From an uncultured Bacillaceae bacterium (GTDB taxonomy: Bacteria > Bacillota > Bacilli > Bacillales > Cytobacillaceae), in NCBI GenBank assembly GCA_963765265.1, contig CAVXVN010000013.1:33676-97675 (forward strand): 64,000 nucleotides of DNA, written 5' to 3'. A model generated the notes under the pieces. It did no database searches and was not told the DNA's origin. It saw only the letters and a list, made by a program, of their open reading frames with translations. Each line of letters starts with the position of its first letter. Within the stretch, counting starts at the first letter, position 1. The position numbers and the translations under genes were made by a program. Positions 21,392-31,067 of the stretch are shown here, one piece after another.

Positions 21392-22570
21392 ATGTTAAAT
21401 TTTTCATTCACAGAAGAACAAGAATTTTTTCGTAAGATGTTAAAGGACTTCGCAAAAGAGGAGTTATTGCCAAACTATACAAAGTGGGACAGAGAAGGGA
21501 TTACACCAAGACATTTATGGAAGAAGTTAGGAGAATTAGGTGTTAATGGGCTTCGAATTCCGGAAGAGTATGGCGGCAGCGGTGCCGATTGCGTAACGAC
21601 TGGGATTGCAGCAGAAGAAATTGGCCGAGGTGATTTTAACCTTACCTATGCCGTAATGTTGAATGCTTTAATTGGCGAAATCATTAATAAACATGCTAGG
21701 GAGGAATTGAAGCAGGAGTGGCTTCCGAAAATAGCCAGCGGGGATCGAATCGTCGGCATTGCTATTACAGAGCCTAGTGCAGGAACGGACGCCGGTGGAA
21801 TTAAAACAATGGCCGTTCGTAAAGGAGATGCGTATGTCCTAAACGGTGAAAAGTCCGGAATAAGCGTGGCAACAGTAGGAGATGCCTTTCTTGTTTTTGC
21901 TAAAACCGATCCTGAGCTGGGGAACCGTGGAATTAGCTGCTTTATCGTTCCTGCAGATCTTCCAGGAGTTGAATGTAAAGGTTATGAAGACATGGGGAAT
22001 ATTCCGGTTGGACGCGGTTCGGTTTATTTAACGGATGTAGAGGTACCAGAGGCGAACCTGATTGGCCTTGAAAACAAAGGCTTTTCCCAAGTCATGAATG
22101 GGTTTGATCTTAGCCGCCTGTTAATTGGTCTTCAATGTGTAGGGGCAGCTTCACAAAGTATAGATGAGACGATTGAACACGTTAAAATGCGAACTTCCTT
22201 TGGAAAGCCGCTCGCGACATATCAAGGGGTTTCCTTCCCAATTGTCACTCACTATACTCAGTTAGAGTTTGTGAAATGGCAGGCGTATCGAGGACTATGG
22301 CTTCGTGATCAAGGATTACCGCACTCCAAGGAATCTGCCTCTGTGAAATGGCTGGGGCCGAAATATGGTGTGGAAGCGATTCATGAATGCCTGTTGTTTA
22401 ACGGTCACTATGGTTATACGAAAGAAATGCCTCACGAGCAGCGTTTGCGTGATGTCATTGGTTTGGAAATCGGAGATGGAACGGCACAAGCAAACATGAT
22501 GGTCATTGCGAAGGATATCATCGGAAAAGAATTCAAATCTACGAATCATTTAGTGGCTGCCAAAAGTTGA
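21392..22570 (+). CDS. aliB: Cyclohexanecarboxyl-CoA dehydrogenase-like (AliB/BadJ)
   Basis: ACAD fold with C-terminal GHYGY..EQRLRDVIGLEIGDGT, typical of AliB-like enzymes; context. Confidence 0.75.
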   Translation: MLNFSFTEEQEFFRKMLKDFAKEELLPNYTKWDREGITPRHLWKKLGELGVNGLRIPEEYGGSGADCVTTGIAAEEIGRGDFNLTYAVMLNALIGEIINKHAREELKQEWLPKIASGDRIVGIAITEPSAGTDAGGIKTMAVRKGDAYVLNGEKSGISVATVGDAFLVFAKTDPELGNRGISCFIVPADLPGVECKGYEDMGNIPVGRGSVYLTDVEVPEANLIGLENKGFSQVMNGFDLSRLLIGLQCVGAASQSIDETIEHVKMRTSFGKPLATYQGVSFPIVTHYTQLEFVKWQAYRGLWLRDQGLPHSKESASVKWLGPKYGVEAIHECLLFNGHYGYTKEMPHEQRLRDVIGLEIGDGTAQANMMVIAKDIIGKEFKSTNHLVAAKS

Positions 22571-22714
22571 AACTGAATATGGAAGATGTTAAACACATTA
22601 GTGAATAGTAGATTCGTAATGGTTAAACGTTAAAAAATAAGCAGGAATAATAAATGAATAGATTTATAGGAGCATATGGCACCTTAAATCTATTCATTTC
22701 TATAGGAGGAGCAT

Positions 22715-23908
22715 ATGAAACCAGTATATGTAGTTGAATCAGTTCGTACGGCTATAGGGAAAATGGGTGGAGCGCTAAAGGAGGTCCAACCTGATTTTCT
22801 TGCTGCTAAAGTGATTGAAGAAGTAGTTAGAAGAGCAAACATAGACAAAGATGCAGTAGATGAAGTCATTCTTGGACAGACAAAACAATCTTCAGATGCC
22901 CCAAATATTGCTCGGTCAGCTTTGCTTCGGGCAGGTCTTCCCGTTGACATTCCGGGGTATACGGTACAAAGACAATGTGGTTCAGCGCTTCAGGCGATCA
23001 ATAATGGTGCCCAACAAATTATAAGTGGGCTGGGTGAGGTGATTGTTGCTGGTGGTGTTGAATCAATGAGTTTAGCGCCATTTTATATTCGCAATGCCCG
23101 TTATGGCGTTGGAACAGGTAGTACCGTGCTAGTGGATTCTAATACAGAAAGCCAAGTACGGTCACAGCCGATTGAGGAGTATGGAAATCTGACGATGGGC
23201 ATGACGGCGGAAAACTTAGCTGAAATCTATAAGATTTCCCGAATAGAGCAGGATGAGTTTGCCCAAAGAAGTCAGGAACTTGCCCATCAAGCCATCACTT
23301 CAGGCCGATTTGAAAAAGAAATCCTTCCTTATGAAATTCGCGAGCGTAAAAGTGTGAAGACCTTTGCTGTTGATGAACATCCACGTCTAACAACCGTAGA
23401 AAAGCTAGGCAGTTTAAAACCAGTTTTTAATGAAAATGGAACGGTTACTGCTGGAAACAGCAGCGGACGTAATGATGGAGCATCGGTTGTGGTGCTGATG
23501 TCTGGGGAAGCAGTCGAAAAATATGGCGTAAAGCCAAAAGCGAGGATCGTTTCACAGGCTGTGTCAGGTGTATCCCCTGAAATTATGGGAATCGGACCTG
23601 TTTCAGCAACCAAACTTGCTTTAAAGAGAGCAGGTTTAACCTTGGCGGACATTGGTTTAATTGAGCTGAATGAGGCTTTTGCTGCACAATCGATTGCGGT
23701 CATAAAAGAGCTAAATATAGATTTAGATAAAGTGAACGTTAACGGTGGTGCCATTGCCCTAGGTCATCCATTAGGGGCAACTGGATCCATCCTTACAACA
23801 AAACTACTGCATGAAATGGAACGAAGAGGCGTGAAATATGGATTAGTGACCTTGTGTATTGGTGGTGGACAAGGAATTACGACCATTTTTGAGAACTGTC
23901 AGATATAG
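22715..23908 (+). CDS. Acetyl-CoA C-acyltransferase (thiolase)
   Basis: RQCGS, NEAFAAQ, GHPLGATG, LCIGGGQG. Confidence 0.95.
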   Translation: MKPVYVVESVRTAIGKMGGALKEVQPDFLAAKVIEEVVRRANIDKDAVDEVILGQTKQSSDAPNIARSALLRAGLPVDIPGYTVQRQCGSALQAINNGAQQIISGLGEVIVAGGVESMSLAPFYIRNARYGVGTGSTVLVDSNTESQVRSQPIEEYGNLTMGMTAENLAEIYKISRIEQDEFAQRSQELAHQAITSGRFEKEILPYEIRERKSVKTFAVDEHPRLTTVEKLGSLKPVFNENGTVTAGNSSGRNDGASVVVLMSGEAVEKYGVKPKARIVSQAVSGVSPEIMGIGPVSATKLALKRAGLTLADIGLIELNEAFAAQSIAVIKELNIDLDKVNVNGGAIALGHPLGATGSILTTKLLHEMERRGVKYGLVTLCIGGGQGITTIFENCQI

Positions 23909-23924
23909 AATAGGAGGAAAAGAA

Positions 23925-24776
23925 ATGGAAGTAAGTAAGATTGCTGTAATCGGAAGTGGAACAATGGGTCGCGGGATTGCCTATACGGCTGCTTTATCTG
24001 GATATGAAGTGACTCTTCAGGATATATCAGCAGAGGCACTTGAAAAAGCAAATGATTACAACGTGTCACTTGCAAATCAAAGTGTAGAAAAAGGGTATAT
24101 CACTAGTGAACAACGAGACCTTGTTCTACAAAATTTAACCTATACAACAGAGTTGCAGGAAGCAGTGCAGAGTGCTGATTTGGTCATTGAAGCCATCCTT
24201 GAACTTATGGATTTAAAGGTTGAAACCTTCCAAAAAGTTGAGCAATATGCACCAGCACATGCCATTTTAGCAACGAATACTTCAACAATGAGCCCAACGG
24301 AAATAGGGGCGGCCACGACAAGACCGGAGAAGTTTGTCGCGATGCATTTCTTCAACCCTGTTCACCGTATGAAATTAATTGAGATTATTCGTGGAATGGA
24401 TACTTCAGACGAGACGGTCGAAGTCATTAAGACTGTATCTGAAAAAATGGGAAAAGAAACCGTTGAAATAAACGAATTTCCAGGCTTTGTCACCAGCCGC
24501 ATGAATTGTCTGATTGGAAACGAAGCCATGAATATGCTGATGGAAGGGGTCGCATCAGCTGAACATATTGACAAGGCCATTAAGCTTGGTTTAAACCATC
24601 CGATGGGTCCGCTGGAAATGGCCGATCTCGTTGGGTTGGACAGCCGTCTTCGCAACATGCAGTACCTGTACGAAAGTCTTGGCGAGAAATATCGTCCATC
24701 TCCATTACTGGTGAAATATGTGAAATCTGGACGCTTAGGCAGGAAGTCAGGGCAAGGTTTTTATAACTATAATTAA
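23925..24776 (+). CDS. 3-hydroxyacyl-CoA dehydrogenase
   Basis: GSGTMGRG, ATNTS, HFFNP, HPMGP; RBS AGGAGG before ATG 23925. Confidence 0.93.
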   Translation: MEVSKIAVIGSGTMGRGIAYTAALSGYEVTLQDISAEALEKANDYNVSLANQSVEKGYITSEQRDLVLQNLTYTTELQEAVQSADLVIEAILELMDLKVETFQKVEQYAPAHAILATNTSTMSPTEIGAATTRPEKFVAMHFFNPVHRMKLIEIIRGMDTSDETVEVIKTVSEKMGKETVEINEFPGFVTSRMNCLIGNEAMNMLMEGVASAEHIDKAIKLGLNHPMGPLEMADLVGLDSRLRNMQYLYESLGEKYRPSPLLVKYVKSGRLGRKSGQGFYNYN

Positions 24777-24821
24777 AAGTGAGAGTCACATAGAAATACA
24801 AATGAAAGGAATGTGAAGATA

Positions 24822-25970
24822 ATGGATCAAGTAATAACAAAAGACATCCAATATTTAAAACAGGGAATTCGCGAGTTTATCGACAATGAAGTAGAACCAA
24901 AAGCCATGATAATCGAGGAAACCAACGAAATTCCGCAAGAAATAATGGAAAAATCAAAGGAAATGGGCTTATTTGCCCTTAGTATTCCAGAAGAATATGG
25001 CGGGTTAGGCATTGGCATGGTGGGAAAATGTGCACTCTTAGAGGAAGTCGGCAGAACTCACAATGGCTATACAACCGTCATTGGCGGCCATACAGGAATT
25101 GGCAGCGTCGGAATCGTAGAGCTGGCAAATGAAGCGCAAAAGCAGAAATATCTGCCAAAAATGGCAAGCGGAGAAAGCATTGGTGCCTTTGCTTTAACAG
25201 AGCCAAGTGCAGGCTCACATGCGTACAACTTAAAAACAACAGCGGTTAAAAAAGGCGATCATTACGTCTTGAATGGATCGAAATGCTATATAACGAATGC
25301 TGGAATTGCTGATGTGTTCACGGTAATGGCCGTTACAGATCCGTTGAAAGGTCCTAAGGGGATTACTTCTTTTATCGTTGAAAAGAATTTCCCAGGCTTT
25401 AAGCTTGGCAATAGAGAGAAGAAAATGGGTCTCCATGGCTCACATACCTGGGAGATTTTCTTCGAGGATTGCGAAGTGCCGGTTGAGAACATGTTAGGCG
25501 AAGAGGGGCAAGGTTATGTAAACGCTTTAAAAATTCTAGCAAATGGACGGGCGGCAATGGCTGCGAGAAACCTAGGTTCCGCTGATAAATTGCTAGAAAT
25601 GTCACTTGATTATTCGCATATGCGTATTCAGTTTGGGAAACCGATATTTGAACAGCAAATCATTCAACACTATTTGGCTGAAATGGCAACAGAGATTGAA
25701 GCGCTTCGTGCACTTACTTATCATGTTGCTCATATGGTAGATCAAAATAAGAACGTGATTAAAGAAGCCGCCATGGTCAAATTGTTTGGCTCTGAAACCT
25801 ATAACCGTGTTGCTGATAAAGCCGTGCAAATTCATGGAGGAATGGGCTATATTTCGGAGTATCCAATCGAACGTTTTTACCGTGATGCTCGAATTACAAG
25901 AATTTACGAAGGAACCTCTGAAATTCAAAAGAATATTATCGCGGCCCAATTGCACAAGAAATATCAATAA
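24822..25970 (+). CDS. Acyl-CoA dehydrogenase, paralog B
   Basis: About 30 substitutions versus paralog A over 382 aa (manual count). Confidence 0.92.
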   Translation: MDQVITKDIQYLKQGIREFIDNEVEPKAMIIEETNEIPQEIMEKSKEMGLFALSIPEEYGGLGIGMVGKCALLEEVGRTHNGYTTVIGGHTGIGSVGIVELANEAQKQKYLPKMASGESIGAFALTEPSAGSHAYNLKTTAVKKGDHYVLNGSKCYITNAGIADVFTVMAVTDPLKGPKGITSFIVEKNFPGFKLGNREKKMGLHGSHTWEIFFEDCEVPVENMLGEEGQGYVNALKILANGRAAMAARNLGSADKLLEMSLDYSHMRIQFGKPIFEQQIIQHYLAEMATEIEALRALTYHVAHMVDQNKNVIKEAAMVKLFGSETYNRVADKAVQIHGGMGYISEYPIERFYRDARITRIYEGTSEIQKNIIAAQLHKKYQ

Positions 25971-26019
25971 GAAGGAATTCATGAAAAACTAAGAAACGAA
26001 CAAAAAGGGGGGAATCTTT

Positions 26020-26778
26020 TTGCGGCTTAAAGGTAAAATTGCCTTTATCACTGGTGCTGGGGGCCCTATGGGACAAGCGATTGCTATACGTTTTGCCGAG
26101 GAGGGTGCAAAACTAGTAATCACAGATATTTCTCAGAATCGATTAAATCAAACAAGAGAAAAAGTGCTTGAATTTATCGATGCTGATCATGTTATCGCCA
26201 TAAGAGCTAATGTACTAGCATTTGATGAAGTAAAAGAAGTGGTGGAGGAAGCGAATAACAGATTCGCGAAAATAGATATTCTCGTGAATGTTGTTGGTGG
26301 AATCCGTGATCGTAACATGATTAAATCCATTTTTGAAATTGATGGTGAACGTTGGGACAGTACCATGGAACTCAATTTAAAGGGAACCTTTAATTGTACA
26401 AAATTAATTGCCCCAACGATGCTAGATCATGGTTATGGAAAAATCATCAATATTTCTACGATTCATTTTGACGGGGAGAAGGGGTACGCCGATTATGGGG
26501 CTGCTAAGGCGGGAGTCGCTTCCTTTACGAGAACAGCTGCGAAGGAATTAAGTCCTGCTATTAATGTGAATTGTATTGCGCCGGGGTTAATTCAAACCTC
26601 GATCTTAGACAGAATGGACAGCGAAGCTCTTGAAGAATATCGTAAAAACACTTTATTGGGAAGGTTAGGAAAACCCATTGATGTCGCCAATGCTGCACTA
26701 TTTTTAGCCAGTGATGAAGCAGCTTATATTACTGGGCATATCATACCTGTTTCTGGTGGAATATGGCCCCATCTATAA
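26020..26778 (+). CDS. SDR oxidoreductase (FabG-like)
   Basis: TGAGGPMG, YGAAK, NCIAPG. Confidence 0.85.
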   Translation: MRLKGKIAFITGAGGPMGQAIAIRFAEEGAKLVITDISQNRLNQTREKVLEFIDADHVIAIRANVLAFDEVKEVVEEANNRFAKIDILVNVVGGIRDRNMIKSIFEIDGERWDSTMELNLKGTFNCTKLIAPTMLDHGYGKIINISTIHFDGEKGYADYGAAKAGVASFTRTAAKELSPAINVNCIAPGLIQTSILDRMDSEALEEYRKNTLLGRLGKPIDVANAALFLASDEAAYITGHIIPVSGGIWPHL

Positions 26779-26798
26779 TCGAAAAGGAGGGGTAGCCA

Positions 26799-28019
26799 AT
26801 GTTTGATTTTGCAATCATTGGAGGCGGAATTGTAGGGCTTTCAACAGGCGTGGCAATTTATAAACGCTTCCCAAATGCAAAGGTTGTTGTCATTGAAAAG
26901 GAGTCGGCGGTTGCTGAGCATCAAACCGGTCATAATAGCGGGGTTATTCATTCAGGCATCTATTATAAACCAGGGAGTTTTAAGGCACGCTTTGCTAAAC
27001 AAGGAAGCCAATCCATGAGAGAATTTTGCCAAACCTACGGAATCCAACACGATATTTGCGGAAAAGTCATTGTGGCAACAAAAAAAGAAGAAATCCCTCT
27101 TCTTGAAAATTTATACAAAAGAGGATTAGATAACAGTTTAAATATTCATCGAATTGGAGTAGATGAATTAAAGGAAATTGAACCACATGTAAAGGGTCTT
27201 GGTGCCATTCGGGTTCCAATGGCAGGCATCGTGAATTACCGTCAAGTGAGTGAGAAATTTGCTGAGATTATTGAGGAAAACGATGGCGTCATTCTTTTAA
27301 ACACAAAAGTAGAGAAAATTCATGAAGGAGAAGACGAAGTTACGATTGAAACGAACCGTGGTACGGTAAAAGCGAGTATGATCATCAACTGTGCTGGATT
27401 GCATAGCGACCGTATGGCAGCTGCAGCAGGGTATAAAACGGATATGAAAATTTTACCATTCCGTGGTGAATATTTTAAATTAAAGCCAGAAAAAAGATAC
27501 CTTGTTAAACATTTGATCTATCCTGTACCAAATCCTAAATTTCCGTTCTTAGGCGTTCATTTTACCCGGATGGTCAGTGGTGAAGTGGATGCAGGTCCAA
27601 ATGCTGTACTAAGTTTTAAACGAGAGGGTTATAAAAAGACAGATATTAATGTCAAGGATTTAATGGAATCGTTAAGCTATCCTGGACTATGGAAAATGGC
27701 TGGTAAATTTGCGAAGGAAGGCTTGGATGAATATGTTCGTTCTTTTAGCAAAAAGCAGTTTACAAAAAGTCTTCAAGAATTAATTCCTGAAATTCAGGAG
27801 GATGATTTAATCCCAGCGCCTGCAGGTGTTCGTGCACAAGCCCTGAAGAATGATGGGAATATGGTGGACGATTTCCATATTATTATGGGAAAACGCTCTA
27901 TTCATGTTTGTAATGCGCCGTCACCAGCGGCAACAGCGTCTATTGAAATCGGAAAAGAAGTGGTAAGGCGTATTCCAGTTCAGGCGAATTTAGTGAATAG
28001 AGTCAGCACAATCGTATAA
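26799..28019 (+). CDS. lhgO: L-2-hydroxyglutarate oxidase
   Basis: GGGIVG, HQTGHNSGVIHSGIYY, PFRGEY, FLGVHFT, NAPSPAATAS. Confidence 0.9.
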   Translation: MFDFAIIGGGIVGLSTGVAIYKRFPNAKVVVIEKESAVAEHQTGHNSGVIHSGIYYKPGSFKARFAKQGSQSMREFCQTYGIQHDICGKVIVATKKEEIPLLENLYKRGLDNSLNIHRIGVDELKEIEPHVKGLGAIRVPMAGIVNYRQVSEKFAEIIEENDGVILLNTKVEKIHEGEDEVTIETNRGTVKASMIINCAGLHSDRMAAAAGYKTDMKILPFRGEYFKLKPEKRYLVKHLIYPVPNPKFPFLGVHFTRMVSGEVDAGPNAVLSFKREGYKKTDINVKDLMESLSYPGLWKMAGKFAKEGLDEYVRSFSKKQFTKSLQELIPEIQEDDLIPAPAGVRAQALKNDGNMVDDFHIIMGKRSIHVCNAPSPAATASIEIGKEVVRRIPVQANLVNRVSTIV

Positions 28020-28047
28020 ATCAATTTTTCGAAAGGGGTAGATTCAA

Positions 28048-28377
28048 ATGTTTAATGAAAAAACGCTGTTTATTGCAGGCCATGCACGTCTACCCCAAGG
28101 AATGGCGGCTACAAGTGTATTTGAAACCTTGACCATTACCGCAGAAATTGACAGAAAGTATGGGGTGATTCTCGAGGCATCTTGTACATTGGCTACCGAG
28201 CATGGACGTCAATTTATTGGGAGACTATTAAAGGGTGTCAGTATAAATGATGGAGTAGATGAAGCAATCGCTGCCATTCATAAGTATTATCATGGTAAGG
28301 GAACAAATGCATTGGTAGCGGCGTTAAAGGATCTTGCTCTCCATTATCAACAAATGAAATCTAGTGGAAGTAAGTGA
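28048..28377 (+). CDS. DUF3870-like protein
   Basis: FIAGHARLPQG..LTITAEID..GVILEASCT pattern. Confidence 0.65.
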   Translation: MFNEKTLFIAGHARLPQGMAATSVFETLTITAEIDRKYGVILEASCTLATEHGRQFIGRLLKGVSINDGVDEAIAAIHKYYHGKGTNALVAALKDLALHYQQMKSSGSK

Positions 28378-28797
28378 ATGTTTTTATTAAAAAGATACTA
28401 TAAAAATATCATAAAGGGATTATTTTATTTGAATGATGTTTGATCACTTATTCAATCCTGGTTAGATCCTTTTCGCAATAAATATAAGAATATTAAAAAT
28501 AATTTGATAATTATGATTGAATCTGCTATTATATTACTAACTACTAATATTCATAACATGTTTACCTTTTGAATGATACCTTTTCAAAACCGTAAACAGT
28601 TATAATATAAGAAACAGGAAAGTAATGAACAGAAAACTGTAATATTCGCTGTGACTCTATTCCCATAGAGCAGGGAAGTGAATATAAGCCAGTTGTACAA
28701 AGTAGATTCCTAAATGATTAGGTATCCTTTTACAACTGGCTTTTTATTATTCCTGTTTAAAAAACTACCTACTATATGAAAACAGGGGGAATGAAAC

Positions 28798-29737
28798 ATG
28801 GGTATTATAGAAATGAAGAAAGCTAAATTTGAAAAAGAAACGGCGACATTATCGAGTATCCGTTCATCCGCAAACAAACCGTTTATATCACATTCAATTG
28901 TCAAAAGAAAGTGTTGCAAAATTCCTTGATCAGGTACATCAGGAGAATTTTTCCGTGCAACACTTAGAATATACCCCGTATGCACGCCATCTAACTGCTT
29001 CTATTTTATTAGATCAGGTCGGAGAAGAGTTTGGTGAGCTGCTTTGCAATATTATTCATGATAGAGATTCGGGAGGCTTTACTTTAGGCTTACAGGGAGT
29101 GACAGAGGATACGGATGAATATGTCATTTTCGCAACAGCGATTTCTCATTTGCTTGGTGCCCCGAACTATGATTCGATGTCTGGGAAATATTATGCACGA
29201 TTCAGCGTGAAAGATACAGACAATAGCGATTCTTATTTACGTCAGGCCTATCGTTTATTTACACTCCATACGGATGGAACGTTTGTAGATGAGCCAACGG
29301 ACTGGCTGTTAATGATGAAAATGGTGGAGCAAAATGCTCGCGGTGGAGAATCAAGACTATTGCACCTCGACGATTGGAAAGAGCTTGACAAATATGTCAA
29401 TGACCCATTAGCTCATCATAAATTCACTTATAAAGCGCCAAGCAGTAAAAATGTAAGCCAGGAGATTGAACGGTTAACCTTCTTTAATCATAATAACAAG
29501 CCGGGAATTTGTTATATCGATCAATTCGTATATCCTGAAACCATTGATCAAGCAAAATATTTACATGATCTTTCCAATTCTATGGAAAACGATGAAAGTG
29601 TAATAGAATTGGAGCTTCCTGTAGGAGATCTTGTTGTGATAAATAATATTTTTTGGCTGCATGGACGTGCTGCCTTTGAAAAGGATCCAAACTTAAATCG
29701 CGAATTGCTACGCCAACGTGGGAGATTTAATTCATAA
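28798..29737 (+). pseudogene. glaH: Glutarate 2-hydroxylase (CsiD/GlaH) with probable +1 frameshift near the 5' end
   Basis: YYARF..DNSDSYLRQ, HTDGT, WLHGR, RQRG (Fe/2-OG); RBS GGGGGA plus ATG 28798 lies one frame off the main ORF (28829). Confidence 0.82.
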
Positions 29738-29762
29738 ATGAAAGTTATTATTTGGATTTAAT

Positions 29763-29816
29763 AAAAGACAAGTTCATTTTCCTGACTTACGTATGGAAAA
29801 TGAACTTGTCTTTTTT
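29763..29816 (+). terminator. Intrinsic terminator after glaH
   Basis: AAAAGACAAGTTCATTTTCC...GGAAAATGAACTTGTCTTTT + T run. Confidence 0.85.
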
Positions 29817-29901
29817 GTACGATTCAGAATGTATATCAAGAAAGAGGATGATCGTATAAGTGCAACTACGCCTCTTTCGTCGCCTTGCAGATTATTAGCT
29901 T

Positions 29902-30005
29902 TTTGCAATCATGTGTCACAGGGTTGCGAAATTATCATCTTTGCGAATTCACAAAAGTGTTGAAATGACGCTTGATAAGGATACATAGTTGGTACGGAAA
30001 TTGCT
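29902..30005 (+). promoter_or_regulatory. sigma54 promoter P5 (thioesterase) with tripartite enhancer
   Basis: TGGTACGGAAATTGCT 29990-30005; enhancer 29902-29946. Confidence 0.8.
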
Positions 30006-30115
30006 TCTTTATTGTTAATAGTAAATCTGAAAAGGACTTTGAATGGGAAAGGTGTCTAAAAGGCATATCAGGAAAACAATTAGAATCTAAATTTTATAGA
30101 TGAGGTGAGAGTAAT

Positions 30116-30740
30116 ATGAATGCAAAGTATTGTAGAGAATCAAGAGTTATCAAAACAAATCGTGTATTTCAAAATGATTTAAATAGTCATAATACGTTAT
30201 TCGGTGGGCGAATCATGAGTGATATGGATCAAGTTGCTTCTATTTCAGCGTTACGACACTGCCACACTAGATTGTGTAACTGCCTCAACGGATACGGTTG
30301 ATTTTTTATCACCGATTAAAACGACAGATGCAGTCTGTTATGAATCATATGTAACTTGGACAGAATCATCATCGATGGAAATTTTTGTAAAGGTTATGGC
30401 GGAAAATTTAAAAAGTGGTGAGCGTAAAATAGCAGCGACTGCATTTTTAACCTTTGTCGGATTAGATGAAAATAGATGTCCAGTAACGGTTCCTGAAGTC
30501 ATTCCTGAAACAGACGAAGAGAGAATGTTATATGAAACGGCACCAGAGCGAGCTAGAATGCGAAAAGAAAGAAAAGAAAAAAGCAAAGCATGGTCCAAGT
30601 TTTATACTACAGGGATTACTGGGAGTGATAATGAATACAGTCCACGTTTAAACAACAGAATAGGTAAAAAAATAGGTCTCTATTTAAGGCCTTCTTTCTG
30701 TTTTTTCTTCCTAACCCTATTAAAAAGTTTTGACCAATGA
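30116..30740 (+). pseudogene. Acyl-CoA thioesterase (YkhA/YciA hot-dog type), +1 frameshift near 30264
   Basis: NDLNSHNTLFGG..DMD in ORF1; CVTASTDTVDFLSPI..SSMEIFVKV in ORF2. Confidence 0.82.
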
Positions 30741-30832
30741 GAATCAAACATAGGTTCATAATTTTAGAGACCCATCCATCCTTGAATTTATCTTCCGTAG
30801 AAAAAATTTAATAAATTAGGTGGGAGTAAGAA

Positions 30833-30976
30833 ATGATAAAGAAACTTAGTGATAAAGATTTGGTAGATATATATATAGCAGCACTAAAAGTAGATAAAAT
30901 TGCTAAAGATTTTATTGAACTTTTAAGAAAAGAATTAATTAATAGGAGTTTATTTTTCAATTTTGGGGATTATTAA
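30833..30976 (+). CDS. sda: Sda-like sporulation histidine kinase inhibitor (47 aa, absent from ORF track)
   Basis: MIKKLSDKDLVDIYIAALKVDKIAKDFIELLRKELINRSL matches the Sda pattern LSD..L...Y..A......DFI.L...E...R.L; RBS GGTGGGAG. Confidence 0.65.
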   Translation: MIKKLSDKDLVDIYIAALKVDKIAKDFIELLRKELINRSLFFNFGDY

Positions 30977-31067
30977 TCTATCTATTGTTGTTTTTGATTT
31001 TAAGAATTTTACTAAGACTAGTAAAATCTTAAATCTAGTTTTAACGAAGCCATTTGGGGGTTACAAG

